From an uncultured delta proteobacterium (lineage in GTDB: Bacteria; Desulfobacterota; WTBG01): a stretch of DNA of 64,000 nucleotides. The stretch lies in assembly GCA_963793865.1 (NCBI GenBank), contig CAWCBP010000001.1, positions 800,001-864,000 on the forward strand. The letters are read 5' to 3'. This document shows, piece by piece, positions 28,438 to 39,735 of this stretch. The notes beneath the pieces are model-generated. The model had not been told where the DNA came from and did not search any database. It worked only from the letters and a program-made list of their open reading frames with translations. How positions within the stretch are numbered: the first letter of the stretch is position 1; each line of letters opens with the position of its first letter. The translations under genes were made by a program, and so were the position numbers.

Positions 28438-29375
28438 GGAACCTGGTAGTGACGCTTGTCGTGCTCTTCATTGTTGTTACCCTTTTGAGGAGCACGGCAT
28501 TTATAGTCGACGAGACTGAACAGGTCGTAATAACACAATTTGGAAAACCGGTAGGCACAGCAATTAAGGATGCCGGATTGTATTTCAGGGCCCCATTCAT
28601 TCAGGAGGCCAATTATTTTCCAAAGAATCTTCTGGAGTGGAATGGTGAGCCCGGCCAGATGCCTACCAAAGATAAGACCTTTATCTCGCTCGATATATTT
28701 GCCCGCTGGAAGGTGATTGACCCGCTCATCTTTTTTCAGACGGTCCGGATTGAATCGGCAGCCCAGGCAAAGCTTGACAATATCATTGAGTCAGCCACCA
28801 GGAACCTGATTACTTCAAATTCATTAATTGAAGCGGTGAGGAATAGCGATCGGGAGATGGAGATCGGTGAAGTGGAGATGGATGAAACAACAAAGGCAAT
28901 AGTGAAGAAACCAGTAAAATTGGGACGAGAGGCTATAGCACGGAGCATCATGGAGCAGGCAAAACCGAAAATGGCACAGTTCGGGATTGACCTGGTGGAT
29001 GTCAGGATCAAACGGATCAATTATGTGGATGAGGTTCAAAGGGAAGTGTATAACAGGATGATTGCAGAGCGTAAACAGATTGCAGAAAAGTTCCGCTCCG
29101 AGGGCAGAGGTGAAAGTTTTAAAATAGCCGGTGATCGAGAAAAGGAGCTTAAGCGAATTACTTCTGAAGCCTACCGGACGGCACAGGAAATAATGGGATC
29201 AGCTGATGCGGAGGCAACACGGATTTATGCCGACGCCTTCAACAAAGACCCGGAATTTTATTCATTTATCAATACGCTATCCATTTATAAGGATTTCCTG
29301 GATAAGGATACTTGGCTCATGCTGAGCACCAAGAGCGATGCCATGAAATATTTGAAAAACTATGACGTGCAATAA
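28434..29375 (+). CDS. hflC: FtsH modulator HflC
   Basis: TQFGKPV, TKDK, VDVRIKR, VYNRMIAER, DPEFYSF; ATGA overlap with hflK. Confidence 0.95.
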   Translation: MRNLVVTLVVLFIVVTLLRSTAFIVDETEQVVITQFGKPVGTAIKDAGLYFRAPFIQEANYFPKNLLEWNGEPGQMPTKDKTFISLDIFARWKVIDPLIFFQTVRIESAAQAKLDNIIESATRNLITSNSLIEAVRNSDREMEIGEVEMDETTKAIVKKPVKLGREAIARSIMEQAKPKMAQFGIDLVDVRIKRINYVDEVQREVYNRMIAERKQIAEKFRSEGRGESFKIAGDREKELKRITSEAYRTAQEIMGSADAEATRIYADAFNKDPEFYSFINTLSIYKDFLDKDTWLMLSTKSDAMKYLKNYDVQ

Positions 29376-29467
29376 GGTTCCGCCGGAACGACAGGGCATA
29401 GCAGCCCGGCATGCGCCATTCCGGATTGTAGCGGTTCAATGCAAAGTGATGAGAGGAGAATAAAACA

Positions 29468-29725
29468 ATGGCTCATAAGAAATCGGGCGGAAGCTCAACC
29501 AACGGGCGCGACAGTGCCGGAAAACGTCACGGCGTAAAGCGCGCCTCGGGTCAGCGTGTCCGGGCAGGCAGCATTTTGGTGCGGCAGGCGGGAAGCAGCA
29601 TTCACGCGGGTGAAAACGTGGGTACCGGTAAGGACTATACCCTGTTCGCCAAAATAGACGGTGTGGTGGCCTTCGAGCGCTGGGGCAAGGTAAGAACGCG
29701 GGTCAGCGTCTATGCCGCCGGCTAA
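29468..29725 (+). CDS. rpmA: 50S ribosomal protein bL27
   Basis: [24 protein letters not shown]. Confidence 0.95.
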   Translation: MAHKKSGGSSTNGRDSAGKRHGVKRASGQRVRAGSILVRQAGSSIHAGENVGTGKDYTLFAKIDGVVAFERWGKVRTRVSVYAAG

Positions 29726-29731
29726 CCCTTG

Positions 29732-30741
29732 ATGAAGTTTATTGACGAAGCCAGGATACAGGTTATTGCGGGGGCGGGCGGCCGGGGATGCGTCAGCTTC
29801 AGGCGCGAAAAGTATGTTCCCCGCGGCGGACCTGACGGCGGGGACGGCGGCCGGGGCGGTGACGTGGTGCTTGTCGCTGACGCCCAGCTGGAATCGCTGG
29901 TTGATTTTCGCTACAAGCGTCATTACAAGGCCTCCTCCGGCGTCCATGGAAAGGGGAAAAAGCAGCACGGCAGGGCAGCGGCAACGCTCGTCATTCCGGT
30001 TCCCCTGGGCACGGTGGTTTCAGATGACGCGACGGGCGAAGTGCTCGGCGACCTCAGCCATCCTGATGACAGCGTCATCGTCGCCCGGGGAGGTGAAGGG
30101 GGCCGCGGCAATGCGCGTTTTGTGAGCTCAACCCGGCAGGCACCGCGGTTCGCTGAACCGGGGGGCTGCGGGGGGAGCGCTGGATTAGACTGGAATTGAA
30201 GCTGCTTGCCGATGTCGGGGTTGTCGGGCTGCCCAACAGCGGTAAATCGACACTGGTGGCGGCCCTGTCAGGGGCCCGGCCGAAAATCGCCGATTATCCC
30301 TTTACCACCCTGCGGCCGGTGCTCGGGGCGGTGCGCGCTGCCGGGGAGCGGACATTCACCATTGCGGACATACCGGGCCTGATTGAAGGCGCCCATGAAG
30401 GGCGCGGGCTGGGAACGGCCTTTTTGCGCCATATCGAGCGAACCAGGGTGCTTATTCATCTCATAGACGGTTCAAGCGGAGCCCTTCGCGAACCAGCTGA
30501 TGCATTTGCCGTTGTTTCCGGCGAACTCAAATTGCATAATTCCTCATTGCTTCAAAAGCCCCGTGTCATTGCCATCAACAAGATGGATGCGGTCGGAGCC
30601 CGGGATCGCTATCCTTCCATTAAGCAGCAGTTCGCAAAAAGCAGGATTAAGACATTCCCGGTTTCGGCCCTGACCGGTGAGGGATTAAAGCCGCTTATCG
30701 CCCACGTTGCCCGCATGCTCGACGGCGCAGCGGGCCGTTGA
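29732..30741 (+). CDS. obgE: GTPase ObgE (one-base deletion in G-run near 30170, probably sequencing error)
   Basis: [18 protein letters not shown] in the first frame; [28 protein letters not shown] in the second; adding one G at 30170-30175 restores [15 protein letters not shown]. Confidence 0.93.
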
Positions 30742-30763
30742 GCGCATTCGACGCGGGAACGGC

Positions 30764-31927
30764 ATGCAACAGGATATAACCGCTTTCAGAAAGGATCTGC
30801 TGGGAAGGATTAAGCGGGTTGTCATCAAGGTGGGCAGCAGCGTTCTCACCGGCGGCACCGATGATCTGAACGGCGGTGTCTTCAGTAATATGGTGAGCTG
30901 CATTTCGCGGCTCCGGCACAGCGGCCGTGAGGTGGTGCTGGTTTCCTCCGGCGCCATCGCCGCGGGCAAGAAAAGCCTGCGTTGCGTGGAGCGGCCGACC
31001 AGCATTCCGCAGAAGCAGGCGTCAGCGGCCATTGGCCAGGTCCGGCTCATGGCCAGGTATGAAGCATGTTTCAGGCGGCATGGTCAGCAGATAGCGCAGG
31101 TGCTTCTGACCAGCGACGATCTGAGCAACCGGCGGAAGTTTCTCAATGCCCGCAACACCCTCTTCACCCTTTTGGAGTGCGGTATCATTCCCATCATCAA
31201 TGAAAATGACTCCGTGGTTGTCGATGAAATCAAGTTCGGCGACAATGACATGCTTTCAGCCCTGGTCACCAATCTCGTCGATGCCGATGTGCTGCTCATC
31301 TTGACGGATCAGGACGGTCTGTATGAGCAGGATCCTCAACGGCAGAAAAATGCCCGGCTGGTAAAGCTGGTTGACCGGGTCGGCGGTGCCATAGAGGATT
31401 ATGCGCAGGGAGGAGCCGGCAGGCTGGGGACGGGAGGCATGCGTTCCAAGGTTGACGCGGCAAAAAAGGCATCCCTTTTCGGGATACCCACCATCATTGT
31501 CAACGGGCTCAAACGGAGAATCATCAGCAGGGTCTTTGAAGGTGAAGACGTGGGTACGTTCTTTCTGCCGCGAAAGGCGTCCTTATCAAGCCGAAAGTAC
31601 TGGATTGCATTTAATGTGAAGCCAAAGGGGTTTCTGGTGGTCGATGACGGGGCAAAGCGGGCCATTGTTGAAAAGGGGAAGAGCCTCCTCTCGTCGGGGC
31701 TGGTTTCCGTCAGCGGCACATTTAATTTCGGCGATGCGGTCAGCTGCCGCGACATAAGCGGCAACGAATTCGCGCGGGGACTGGTGAAGTACCGTTCAGA
31801 AGAGGTGCTGAAGATCAAGGGGCTGCATACCCGGGACATAGAAAAGGCGCTGGGTTACAAGGACTATGACGAGATCATACACCGCGACGACCTGGTGGTG
31901 CTGGAGGACGAACCGTATGCACGATAA
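30764..31927 (+). CDS. proB: Glutamate 5-kinase
   Basis: [36 protein letters not shown] domain. Confidence 0.96.
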   Translation: MQQDITAFRKDLLGRIKRVVIKVGSSVLTGGTDDLNGGVFSNMVSCISRLRHSGREVVLVSSGAIAAGKKSLRCVERPTSIPQKQASAAIGQVRLMARYEACFRRHGQQIAQVLLTSDDLSNRRKFLNARNTLFTLLECGIIPIINENDSVVVDEIKFGDNDMLSALVTNLVDADVLLILTDQDGLYEQDPQRQKNARLVKLVDRVGGAIEDYAQGGAGRLGTGGMRSKVDAAKKASLFGIPTIIVNGLKRRIISRVFEGEDVGTFFLPRKASLSSRKYWIAFNVKPKGFLVVDDGAKRAIVEKGKSLLSSGLVSVSGTFNFGDAVSCRDISGNEFARGLVKYRSEEVLKIKGLHTRDIEKALGYKDYDEIIHRDDLVVLEDEPYAR

Positions 31928-33176
31928 TCAATCGCTCCTGCCGCTTGCCCGGGCCGCGCGGGAGGCCGCCTCCACTGCCGCGTCACTTTCAACCGACAGA
32001 AAGAACACGGTGCTGAGGCAGATTGCCGGAGGGATTTCTCTTCGCAGGGAATGGCTGATGGAGGAAAACAGCAAGGACCTGGCGGAGGCGCGCCGGCAGG
32101 GCATGCCGGCAGCGCTGTACTCGCGCCTTGCCCTGTCTGACGGGACAATCCGTGACATGACCGAGGCGGTTCATCAGGTTACCGGGCTGAACGATCCGGT
32201 GGGCGAAGTGGTGAGGATGTGGAGGCGTCCCAACGGATTGCAGGTCGGAAAGGTGCGCATACCCCTGGGTGTCATCGGCATCATATACGAATCGCGTCCC
32301 ACCGTGACCGTCGACGCGGCCATACTCTGCCTGAAAGCCGGCAACGCGGTTATTCTCAAGGGCGGCAGTGAGGCCTGTCATTCCAATCAGGCTCTGGTGG
32401 CCGTCATGCATGAGGCGCTCCGGGAAAGCGGCCTGCCGGAGTCGCTCATACAGCTGGTGCCGCCGGTGGAGCGGGAGCAGCTGTACGGGCTGCTGGCGCT
32501 GGATGAGTACATTGACCTGATAATACCGCGGGGCGGAGAGGAACTGATCAGGGCGGTCGTCGCCCATTCCAAGATTCCGGTCATCAAGCACTACAAAGGG
32601 GTGTGCCATATTTTCGTTGATCAGTCGGCGGATCAGGACATGGCCGAGTCCATCATTGTGAATGCGAAAGTGCAGCGGCCCGGCGTGTGCAATGCGCTGG
32701 AGACGCTGCTCATTCACCGGGGCTGCGCGGCTGCGTTCCTGCCCCGGATCGTTGCCAGCCTTGGGTCGCGTCAGGTGGAAATCCGGGCATGCCGGCAGTG
32801 CCGCGCCATCGTGCCCGGACTGAAGGAGGCCTCGGAAGACGACTGGTACCGTGAATACCTGGACCTGATCCTTTCGGTAAAGGTGGTTGCGGACATGGAT
32901 GAGGCCATCGCCCACATAGAGCGCTACGGCTCCATGCACACTGATGCCATCATCACCCGCGATTACAATAACTCCCGGGACTTTGTGCGCCGGGTAAACT
33001 CCTCGGTGGTTCTGGTAAACGCTTCAACCCGCTTCAACGACGGCAACCAGCTCGGTCTGGGCGCTGAAATCGGCATCAGCACCACCAGGCTTCACGCCTT
33101 CGGTCCCATGGGGCTGGAGGAGCTGACGGCTCAAAAGTACGTGGTGTATGGAAGCGGTCAGATTCGTGAAGCCTAG
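31917..33176 (+). CDS. proA: Gamma-glutamyl phosphate reductase
   Basis: PLGVIGIIYESRP, PRGG, CNALETLL, NASTRF, EIGIST. Confidence 0.96.
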   Translation: MHDNQSLLPLARAAREAASTAASLSTDRKNTVLRQIAGGISLRREWLMEENSKDLAEARRQGMPAALYSRLALSDGTIRDMTEAVHQVTGLNDPVGEVVRMWRRPNGLQVGKVRIPLGVIGIIYESRPTVTVDAAILCLKAGNAVILKGGSEACHSNQALVAVMHEALRESGLPESLIQLVPPVEREQLYGLLALDEYIDLIIPRGGEELIRAVVAHSKIPVIKHYKGVCHIFVDQSADQDMAESIIVNAKVQRPGVCNALETLLIHRGCAAAFLPRIVASLGSRQVEIRACRQCRAIVPGLKEASEDDWYREYLDLILSVKVVADMDEAIAHIERYGSMHTDAIITRDYNNSRDFVRRVNSSVVLVNASTRFNDGNQLGLGAEIGISTTRLHAFGPMGLEELTAQKYVVYGSGQIREA

Positions 33177-33207
33177 AACAACTGGATGAAATGCGTTGAG
33201 GGTCGGT

Positions 33208-33868
33208 GTGCGCATAGGCTTGTTCGGCGGTTCTTTTAACCCGGTTCATATCGGTCACCTGCGGGCGGCGGAGGAAATTCGCGGGCTCTGCGCCCTGGAA
33301 AAGGTTATCTTCATTCCGACGCATATTGCCCCCCACAAGCCTGTTGGCACGTTTGCGTCCCCGCAGCACCGGCTGGCAATGCTCGAGCTGGCAATACAAG
33401 ATAATCGCCACTTTTTAGCTTCAGACGTGGAGCTCAAGCGTCCGGGAACGTCCTACTCGGTGGAAACACTCCGTTATTTCAGAGAGGCCTTTCCGGAATG
33501 CGGATCCATTCTTTATTATGGGAATGGATGCCTTCGCTGAAATTGACACCTGGAAAAATTACCGGGAGCTTTTTCCCCTCTGCAATTTTGTGGTTATGAC
33601 CAGGCCGGGCTATTCACCGCCGCACAGAGAGCGAATTATTCCCCGGACGATGGCGGGGGAATTTTCATTTTCCCCGGAAGAAAACCGCTATCGGCATGTC
33701 TCCGGCTTCTCTGTTTTTATTGCCGACATACCGGGCCTTGCCATTTCAGCCCGGGAAATCAGACGTCGCGTTGCTCAAGGTCATTCCTTCACCTATCTGG
33801 TGCCGAAAGCGGTGGAAGAGTATATACTGCGCCATAAACTGTATCACAACCAGGACAGCAGCAGCTGA
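33208..33868 (+). CDS. nadD: Nicotinate-nucleotide adenylyltransferase (one extra base near 33495, probably sequencing error)
   Basis: GGSFNPVHIGH, SYSVETL in frame 1; FFIMGMD, W, ISAREIR, YILRHKLY in frame 2. Confidence 0.92.
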
Positions 33869-33876
33869 CAACACCC

Positions 33877-34260
33877 GTGCCACGTAAAACGCATCACCGG
33901 CAGGAAGACGCCGAGAACATTAAAAAGCTGGGCTATTGCATCACGGCGGCCTTGAAAAAGAAGGCCTTTGATGTAATTGCCCTGGATGTCAGGACCTACA
34001 CATCAGTTGCCGATTATTTTGTCATCTGCAGCGGAAGCTCGAACCGGCAGACGCAGGCCATCGCGGAGTCGATTGAGCTCGATCTGAAAAAGCACGGCTT
34101 TCGTGCGCTGGGCATTGAAGGGTTCACACACGGGTCCTGGATTCTGCTTGATTACGGCGACATTGTCATGCACGTATTTTACCAGCCGGTCAGGGATTTT
34201 TACGGGCTGGAACGGCTGTGGGCGGACGCGCCGAAGGTTGCGCTGCCGGGACCGGAATGA
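33877..34260 (+). CDS. rsfS: Ribosome silencing factor RsfS
   Basis: DYFVICSG, WILLDYGDIVMHVF, FYGLERLW; follows nadD. Confidence 0.95.
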   Translation: MPRKTHHRQEDAENIKKLGYCITAALKKKAFDVIALDVRTYTSVADYFVICSGSSNRQTQAIAESIELDLKKHGFRALGIEGFTHGSWILLDYGDIVMHVFYQPVRDFYGLERLWADAPKVALPGPE

Positions 34261-34288
34261 GCCGTTCCGCTCCTCCAGAGAGACAATC

Positions 34289-35026
34289 ATGAAGCCCTTC
34301 GTAACCGACCTTATGGATTTTATCTACCCTCCCGTCTGCGCCGTGTGCGCGGCTGCCCTGGAGCGCTCCGATTCATGGAACCTCTGCCCGGGCTGCCGCG
34401 GCGGGATCGCGTACCTTGAACCTCCCCTGTGCACGCGTTGCGGCAGGCCCTTTGCGCATGAACCCCGTTTCGAGCATCTCTGCGGCGAGTGCATCACCCG
34501 CCCCCTTCATTACCGGCGTGCTCGGGCGGTTGGCCATTATCGCGGCACGCTGCGCAGCGCCCTGCATCTCTTGAAGTACCGTCTGAAGGGGCCGCTTGCA
34601 CCGACCCTGGGAAGCCTCATGACGGAACGGCTGCCTTTCATTGAAGCGGAATGGAACTACGGCCTCATTGTACCCGTACCCCTCCACCCGAGCCGGCTGC
34701 GCGGAAGGGGATTTAATCAGGCCCTGTACCTGGCCGCATCGCTGAGCCGGCACCTGGGGGTTCCCCTGGACCGGTTTAATTTGAAGCGCACCCGCCGGAC
34801 ACAATCGCAGGTCGGCTTATCGGAAACCCAGCGGGCCTCCAATGTAAAAGGGGCCTTTGCGGTCTCCAGGCCGCAGACCATCAGCAATAAAACCATCCTG
34901 CTCATAGACGACATTTATACCAGCGGAAGCACGGTCGATGAATGCTCGAGGGTTCTTGTCGGCGCGGGGGCTGAAGCGGTGGATGTCCTGACGCTGGCCA
35001 GGGTTTCAGAGAGAGGTTTGTCATGA
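34289..35026 (+). CDS. comF: ComF family protein (zinc ribbons plus PRTase domain)
   Basis: CxxC repeats; VPVPLH, RGFNQA, LLIDDIYTSGST. Confidence 0.92.
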   Translation: MKPFVTDLMDFIYPPVCAVCAAALERSDSWNLCPGCRGGIAYLEPPLCTRCGRPFAHEPRFEHLCGECITRPLHYRRARAVGHYRGTLRSALHLLKYRLKGPLAPTLGSLMTERLPFIEAEWNYGLIVPVPLHPSRLRGRGFNQALYLAASLSRHLGVPLDRFNLKRTRRTQSQVGLSETQRASNVKGAFAVSRPQTISNKTILLIDDIYTSGSTVDECSRVLVGAGAEAVDVLTLARVSERGLS

Positions 35027-35991
35027 ACAAGATAGCTTCGTTGATCGGAGATGAGCTGACCCTGGTTGAACGGGCGCTTATTAATACCCTGGCCTCGCAT
35101 GTTTCCCTTATAAACAAGGTGGGCAGCTATATCATCGCCAGCGGCGGCAAGCGATTCCGTCCCCTGCTGTACCTTCTGACCGCCAGGGGATTCAATTATC
35201 GGGGCGCGGACAACATTCCCCTTGCCTGCGTGTTTGAGTATATTCACACCGCGACATTGCTGCACGATGATGTGCTGGATCATGCCGAGATGCGGAGGGG
35301 AAATTCGTCGGCCAACGCCCTCTGGGGGGACCGGATCAGCGTTTTGGTGGGGGATTTCCTGGTTTCCAAGGCTTTTTCCATCCTGGTGGAAACAGGGAAT
35401 GTGCAGGTGATGCGTGTCATATCTGAAGCGACAACCAGCCTGGCCGAAGGCGAGACCATGCAAACCGTCCGGGGCGGTGATTTGAGCCTGACCGAAAAAG
35501 AATATCTTGAAATCATAAGCCATAAAACGGCCAGCCTGATCTCGGCGGCGTGCCAGACCGGCGCCATCATGGGCAGGGCGGCACCCGGGGCGGAAGTGTC
35601 CATGCGAGAGTACGGCCTTAACCTGGGTATTGCATTTCAGATGGTTGACGACACGCTGGATTATGTCTCCGACAACATGAAATTCGGCAAGGCCCTGTTA
35701 AAGGACCTGCAGGAAGGCAAGATAACCCTGCCCCTGATTCACACCATGGAAAGGGCATCCGAGCAGGAGCGGGGGGAAATCCGCGACGCGCTGCAGCAGG
35801 TGCCCCCGGGAGCGGAACAGGCCAGGCGGGTGGTACAGCTGATTCAAAAATATAACGGGGTGGAGTACGTGTTTTCCCGGGCACGGGAATATGTCCGCCT
35901 GTCCATCGGCAATCTAAACGGGCTTGAATCGCCGGCGGTGAAGGAGGCCCTGACCGCCGCGGCCAACTATGTGGTGGAGAGGGAGTGGTAG
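35023..35991 (+). CDS. ispB: Polyprenyl (octaprenyl) diphosphate synthase
   Basis: GGKRFRP, LLHDDVLD, RRG, KTA, FQMVDD, GKITLP. Confidence 0.9.
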   Translation: MNKIASLIGDELTLVERALINTLASHVSLINKVGSYIIASGGKRFRPLLYLLTARGFNYRGADNIPLACVFEYIHTATLLHDDVLDHAEMRRGNSSANALWGDRISVLVGDFLVSKAFSILVETGNVQVMRVISEATTSLAEGETMQTVRGGDLSLTEKEYLEIISHKTASLISAACQTGAIMGRAAPGAEVSMREYGLNLGIAFQMVDDTLDYVSDNMKFGKALLKDLQEGKITLPLIHTMERASEQERGEIRDALQQVPPGAEQARRVVQLIQKYNGVEYVFSRAREYVRLSIGNLNGLESPAVKEALTAAANYVVEREW

Positions 35992-35997
35992 GTAACC

Positions 35998-36747
35998 ATG
36001 AGCATCCTGCTTACCAATGACGACGGCGTCTTCGCCGATGGACTCAGCGTCCTGCGCAGCCGGCTGATGGCCCTGGATGAGGTATGGACCGTTGCGCCGG
36101 ATCGCGAACGCAACGCGATAAGCCACGCACTGACCCTCCACCGCCCGTTGCGACTCTCGGAAATCGGCCATCATACCTTTGCCGTGAACGGCACCCCGGC
36201 TGATTGCATCAACATTGCGGTCAACCATTTGCTGCCCTCCCCGCCGCGGCTCATCGTGTCAGGCATTAACCGGGGATGTAATCTGGGAAATGACATCAAC
36301 TATTCAGGAACCCTGGCCGGCGCGCTTGAGGGCGCCGGCATGGGGCTGGCTGCGTTTGCCGTATCCCTCGCGGGGGAGGGAACATTTGATTATGGACCGG
36401 CGGCCGGCTTCGCCCTGCGCCTGGCAGGCTTCATACTCAGCCACGGTCTTCCCGCGAATACCATGCTCAACGTCAATGTGCCGGATACCGGCGGAAGGCC
36501 GATTGACCGCTACCGCATAACCAAGCAGGGAGCGCAGCGGCATCGCAACACCATTGAGAAAAAGATCGACCCGCGGGGGCTGAGCTACTACTGGATCGGC
36601 AGGGTCATGAATTGCCTGCCGTCGTCCGCCGGAGATGATGCATCCGATTACCGCGCCATGGAAGAGCAGGTTATCTCGGTGACCCCTCTCATCATAGACC
36701 GGACCAACGAAGTGTCGTATAAAGAAATGTCCGGCTGGACCATATAG
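35998..36747 (+). CDS. surE: 5'/3'-nucleotidase SurE
   Basis: ILLTNDDG, GTPADC, SGIN.G.N.G, YSGT. Confidence 0.96.
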   Translation: MSILLTNDDGVFADGLSVLRSRLMALDEVWTVAPDRERNAISHALTLHRPLRLSEIGHHTFAVNGTPADCINIAVNHLLPSPPRLIVSGINRGCNLGNDINYSGTLAGALEGAGMGLAAFAVSLAGEGTFDYGPAAGFALRLAGFILSHGLPANTMLNVNVPDTGGRPIDRYRITKQGAQRHRNTIEKKIDPRGLSYYWIGRVMNCLPSSAGDDASDYRAMEEQVISVTPLIIDRTNEVSYKEMSGWTI

Positions 36748-36781
36748 CGGCCCCCGGGCTGTGAATGCGGTGAGGGTTTTC

Positions 36782-37237
36782 ATGCTGCAGATAGGAGTCA
36801 TAGGGCCGGAACAGTGTTCCCGGCAGGCAGCGGCACATGCCGAGCAGGTGGGCAGGGAAATTGCGCTGTGCGGGGCGCTGCTCATTTGCGGCGGCATGGG
36901 CGGGGTGATGGCTGCCGCCGCCAAAGGCGCTTGTGAGGCAGGCGGCACAAGCGTGGGCATATTGCCGGGCTTCCTGATGGAGGAGGCTAATCCTCATATA
37001 ACCATACCCATCGTGACCGGCATGAGCCACGCGCGAAACGTGCTGGTGGTGCGCTCCTCACACGTCCTGATTGCCGTTGAAGGCGGATACGGCACCCTTT
37101 CTGAAATAGCCATAGCCCTCAAACTGGGAAAGCCAATAATCGGGTTGCATACCTGGAAGGTAAGCCCGAAGATTATTGAGGCTGAAACGCCGCAGGAAGC
37201 GGTGCGATTGGCCATGGGCGCTGCCGGGCGTGCATAG
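36782..37237 (+). CDS. TIGR00725 family (LOG/DprA-like Rossmann fold) protein
   Basis: GGMGGVM, GILPG, TGMSHARN, GGYGTLSEI. Confidence 0.88.
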   Translation: MLQIGVIGPEQCSRQAAAHAEQVGREIALCGALLICGGMGGVMAAAAKGACEAGGTSVGILPGFLMEEANPHITIPIVTGMSHARNVLVVRSSHVLIAVEGGYGTLSEIAIALKLGKPIIGLHTWKVSPKIIEAETPQEAVRLAMGAAGRA

Positions 37238-37304
37238 GGCACGCGTCATCCGTCACTGTGGCAGCCGGCTTCATGGGACCGGCACCGCGGCCGTAACACA
37301 CCAC

Positions 37305-38075
37305 ATGCATTGGCCGGTGAGAAGGACTGCTCTGCTTTGGTTACAGGCTCTGCTTATCGCTCCTCTTCTGCTTTCCGCCTGCTTTTATCCGCAGGCCGGG
37401 TCACGGCCGCGAACCGGGGAGCGGGATGCGGCACAGGCACCGCCTCTGCCGTACCGGATTGAGCCGTCGCCCAGGAGAATGCAGCAGGGCATCTACCACC
37501 CGGTGGGCAGGGGCGAGACGCTGTGGCGAATATGTAAAACCTATAACGTAAGCCTCCAGGAAGTAGCCGAGCTGAACTCGATAACCGACGCATCGCAGAT
37601 AAAGGCCGGAGACAGCATTTTCATTCCGGGCGCGGAGAGGGTGCTGGCGGTGAACCTTTCGGAAAGCGGATGGCAGAAGGCCCCGGAGTCCATTCAGCAG
37701 CCGAAGGGCAGATTCATATGGCCGGTGGAAGGAAAGATTGTCGGCCATTATGGCGTCAAGACGGGCATGAAATATGACGGCATTGATATTCAAGCCCCGC
37801 TGGGGAGCGCGGTAAGGGCCGCCGATGCGGGAAAAGTCGCTTTCGTCAACAGCATGCCGGGCTACGGCAATATCATCATCATCAAGCATGCCGATAAATA
37901 CTCAACCGTGTATGCCCACAATCAGCTCAATCTGGTGAAAGAAGGGAACTTGGTCAGTCAGGGTGCGATCATTGCGCGTTTGGGAAACTCACATAATCCC
38001 GCCTCCTCCCCCACGCTCCATTTTCAAATCAGGCGCTACAATCAGGCAAGAAATCCCCTCTTTTACCTTCATTGA
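37305..38075 (+). CDS. LysM/M23 lipoprotein, NlpD-like
   Basis: Lipobox LSAC; LysM (HPVGRGETLWRI); M23 FIWPV, YDGID, YAHN, LHFQIR; start uncertain. Confidence 0.87.
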   Translation: MHWPVRRTALLWLQALLIAPLLLSACFYPQAGSRPRTGERDAAQAPPLPYRIEPSPRRMQQGIYHPVGRGETLWRICKTYNVSLQEVAELNSITDASQIKAGDSIFIPGAERVLAVNLSESGWQKAPESIQQPKGRFIWPVEGKIVGHYGVKTGMKYDGIDIQAPLGSAVRAADAGKVAFVNSMPGYGNIIIIKHADKYSTVYAHNQLNLVKEGNLVSQGAIIARLGNSHNPASSPTLHFQIRRYNQARNPLFYLH

Positions 38076-38158
38076 TCCGCCTCTGGGCGGCATGTCACGT
38101 CCTCGTCTCTCAAGCAGCCGAACGGCATTGAGCACGGAAAGTGAAGACAATATTCAAA

Positions 38159-38187
38159 TTGACAAAAAAAATCATATGCTGTACTAA
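38159..38187 (+). promoter_or_regulatory. Sigma70-type promoter for degP
   Basis: TTGACA-N17-TACTAA. Confidence 0.5.
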
Positions 38188-38244
38188 TCTATTCTAACTG
38201 AACGCTAACCGCACCTGACCTCGTTACCGGGAAGGAGAAACAAA

Positions 38245-39735
38245 TTGAAACGGAAGAGAATTGCCATACCCTTGGTGTTAGCTGTTGCGCTGCTGTCATT
38301 CTGGATTGGAATGATGGTTTCATCAAGCAGCACCATAAACCCGGATATGCCGGCGCTGGCCAAAGAGGCACTCGCCCAAAACAGCGCCGACCCGGCTCAG
38401 GACTCCCAGGTGTTTGTGAGCCTGGCGGAGAAGCTCATGCCGGCTACGGTAAATATCAGCACATCGACAGCCCCCAAGAGGAAAATGCAGCAGTATCACA
38501 ATTTTCAGGGTGATGAGCGGCTGCGGGAATTTTTCGGAGACGATTTTTTTGAGAAGTTTTTCGACCAGATGCCGCCGGGCGATACGCCCTCGAAGAGCCT
38601 TGGCTCCGGCTTTATCATCGATAAGGAAGGATACATCATCACCAATAATCACGTGATTGAGGGCGCGGATGAAATCAAGGTTAAGCTTTCCGACAAGGAG
38701 GAATTTGATGCCACCATCGTTGGTAAAGACAGGAAGACGGATATCGCCCTGATTAAAATAACCCCCCCGCCCGGATTGCCGGTCGTCACGCTCGGTGATT
38801 CGGATAACTTAAAGGTCGGTGAGTGGGTGATGGCCATCGGCAATCCGTTCGGGCTCGATCAAACCGTGACCGTGGGCATCGTGAGCGCCAAATGGCGGAA
38901 GCTGGGCATGGGGCCGTACGAGGATTTTATCCAGACCGATGCGGCCATCAATCAGGGAAACAGCGGAGGGCCTCTTTTCAATACGCGCGGGGAGGTGGTG
39001 GGCGTGAACACGGCCATCTTTTCCACCAGCGGTGGAAATATCGGTATCGGCTTTGCGACGCCGATTAATCTGGCAAAAAGTGTGGTTAAGCAGCTCAAGG
39101 AAAAGGGCAGGGTGGTACGAGGCTGGCTGGGTGTTATCGTTCAGACGGTTACACCTGACCTGGCGAAAAGCTTTGGCCTTGACCAGAAGGAGGGAGCGCT
39201 GGTTGCCGACATTGACGCCGCCGGTCCTGCCGCCGCATCAGGCATCAAAAAGGGAGACATCATTGTTGCATTTAATGGAACTCCGATAAAAGAGATGGAT
39301 CAGCTGCCCCTGCTGGTGGCACAGACGCCTATCGGATCAAAGGGGGAACTTGACATCATCAGGGACGGCAAGAAGATCAGCAAGACTGTCGAGATCGGGG
39401 AGCTTAAAGATGAGGAAGGAATGGCCGAGGAGGATAAAGGAGGATCAGATGACATCGGCATGGAGCTTTCCGACATCACTGACGCGCTGGCGCGAAGATA
39501 CGATATTAAAAAAGAGGATGGCGTGCTGGTGACCAATGTCGAGCCGGCGAGCCCGGCAGCGCTGGCGGGCGTCAGGCCGGGTGACGTCATTACCCAGGTA
39601 AACCGGAAGGATATTCTTAACCTGGAAGCGTATAATAGATGCCTCAGCGATGCACGGAGGCAGAAAAAAGACAAGATTCTTCTCCTGATCGTCAGGGGTG
39701 AAACCTCCCAATTTGTGGTTGTCGATTTAGGGTAG
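38245..39735 (+). CDS. HtrA/DegP/DegQ serine protease with two PDZ domains
   Basis: LGSGFII, TNNHV, DIAL, IQTDAAINQGNSGGPL; TTG start after AAGGAG. Confidence 0.95.
   Translation: MKRKRIAIPLVLAVALLSFWIGMMVSSSSTINPDMPALAKEALAQNSADPAQDSQVFVSLAEKLMPATVNISTSTAPKRKMQQYHNFQGDERLREFFGDDFFEKFFDQMPPGDTPSKSLGSGFIIDKEGYIITNNHVIEGADEIKVKLSDKEEFDATIVGKDRKTDIALIKITPPPGLPVVTLGDSDNLKVGEWVMAIGNPFGLDQTVTVGIVSAKWRKLGMGPYEDFIQTDAAINQGNSGGPLFNTRGEVVGVNTAIFSTSGGNIGIGFATPINLAKSVVKQLKEKGRVVRGWLGVIVQTVTPDLAKSFGLDQKEGALVADIDAAGPAAASGIKKGDIIVAFNGTPIKEMDQLPLLVAQTPIGSKGELDIIRDGKKISKTVEIGELKDEEGMAEEDKGGSDDIGMELSDITDALARRYDIKKEDGVLVTNVEPASPAALAGVRPGDVITQVNRKDILNLEAYNRCLSDARRQKKDKILLLIVRGETSQFVVVDLG

Noticed and set aside
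30160..30198. Programmed frameshift or split obgE
   Set aside because: A homopolymer indel is simpler, given four other frameshifts in the window.
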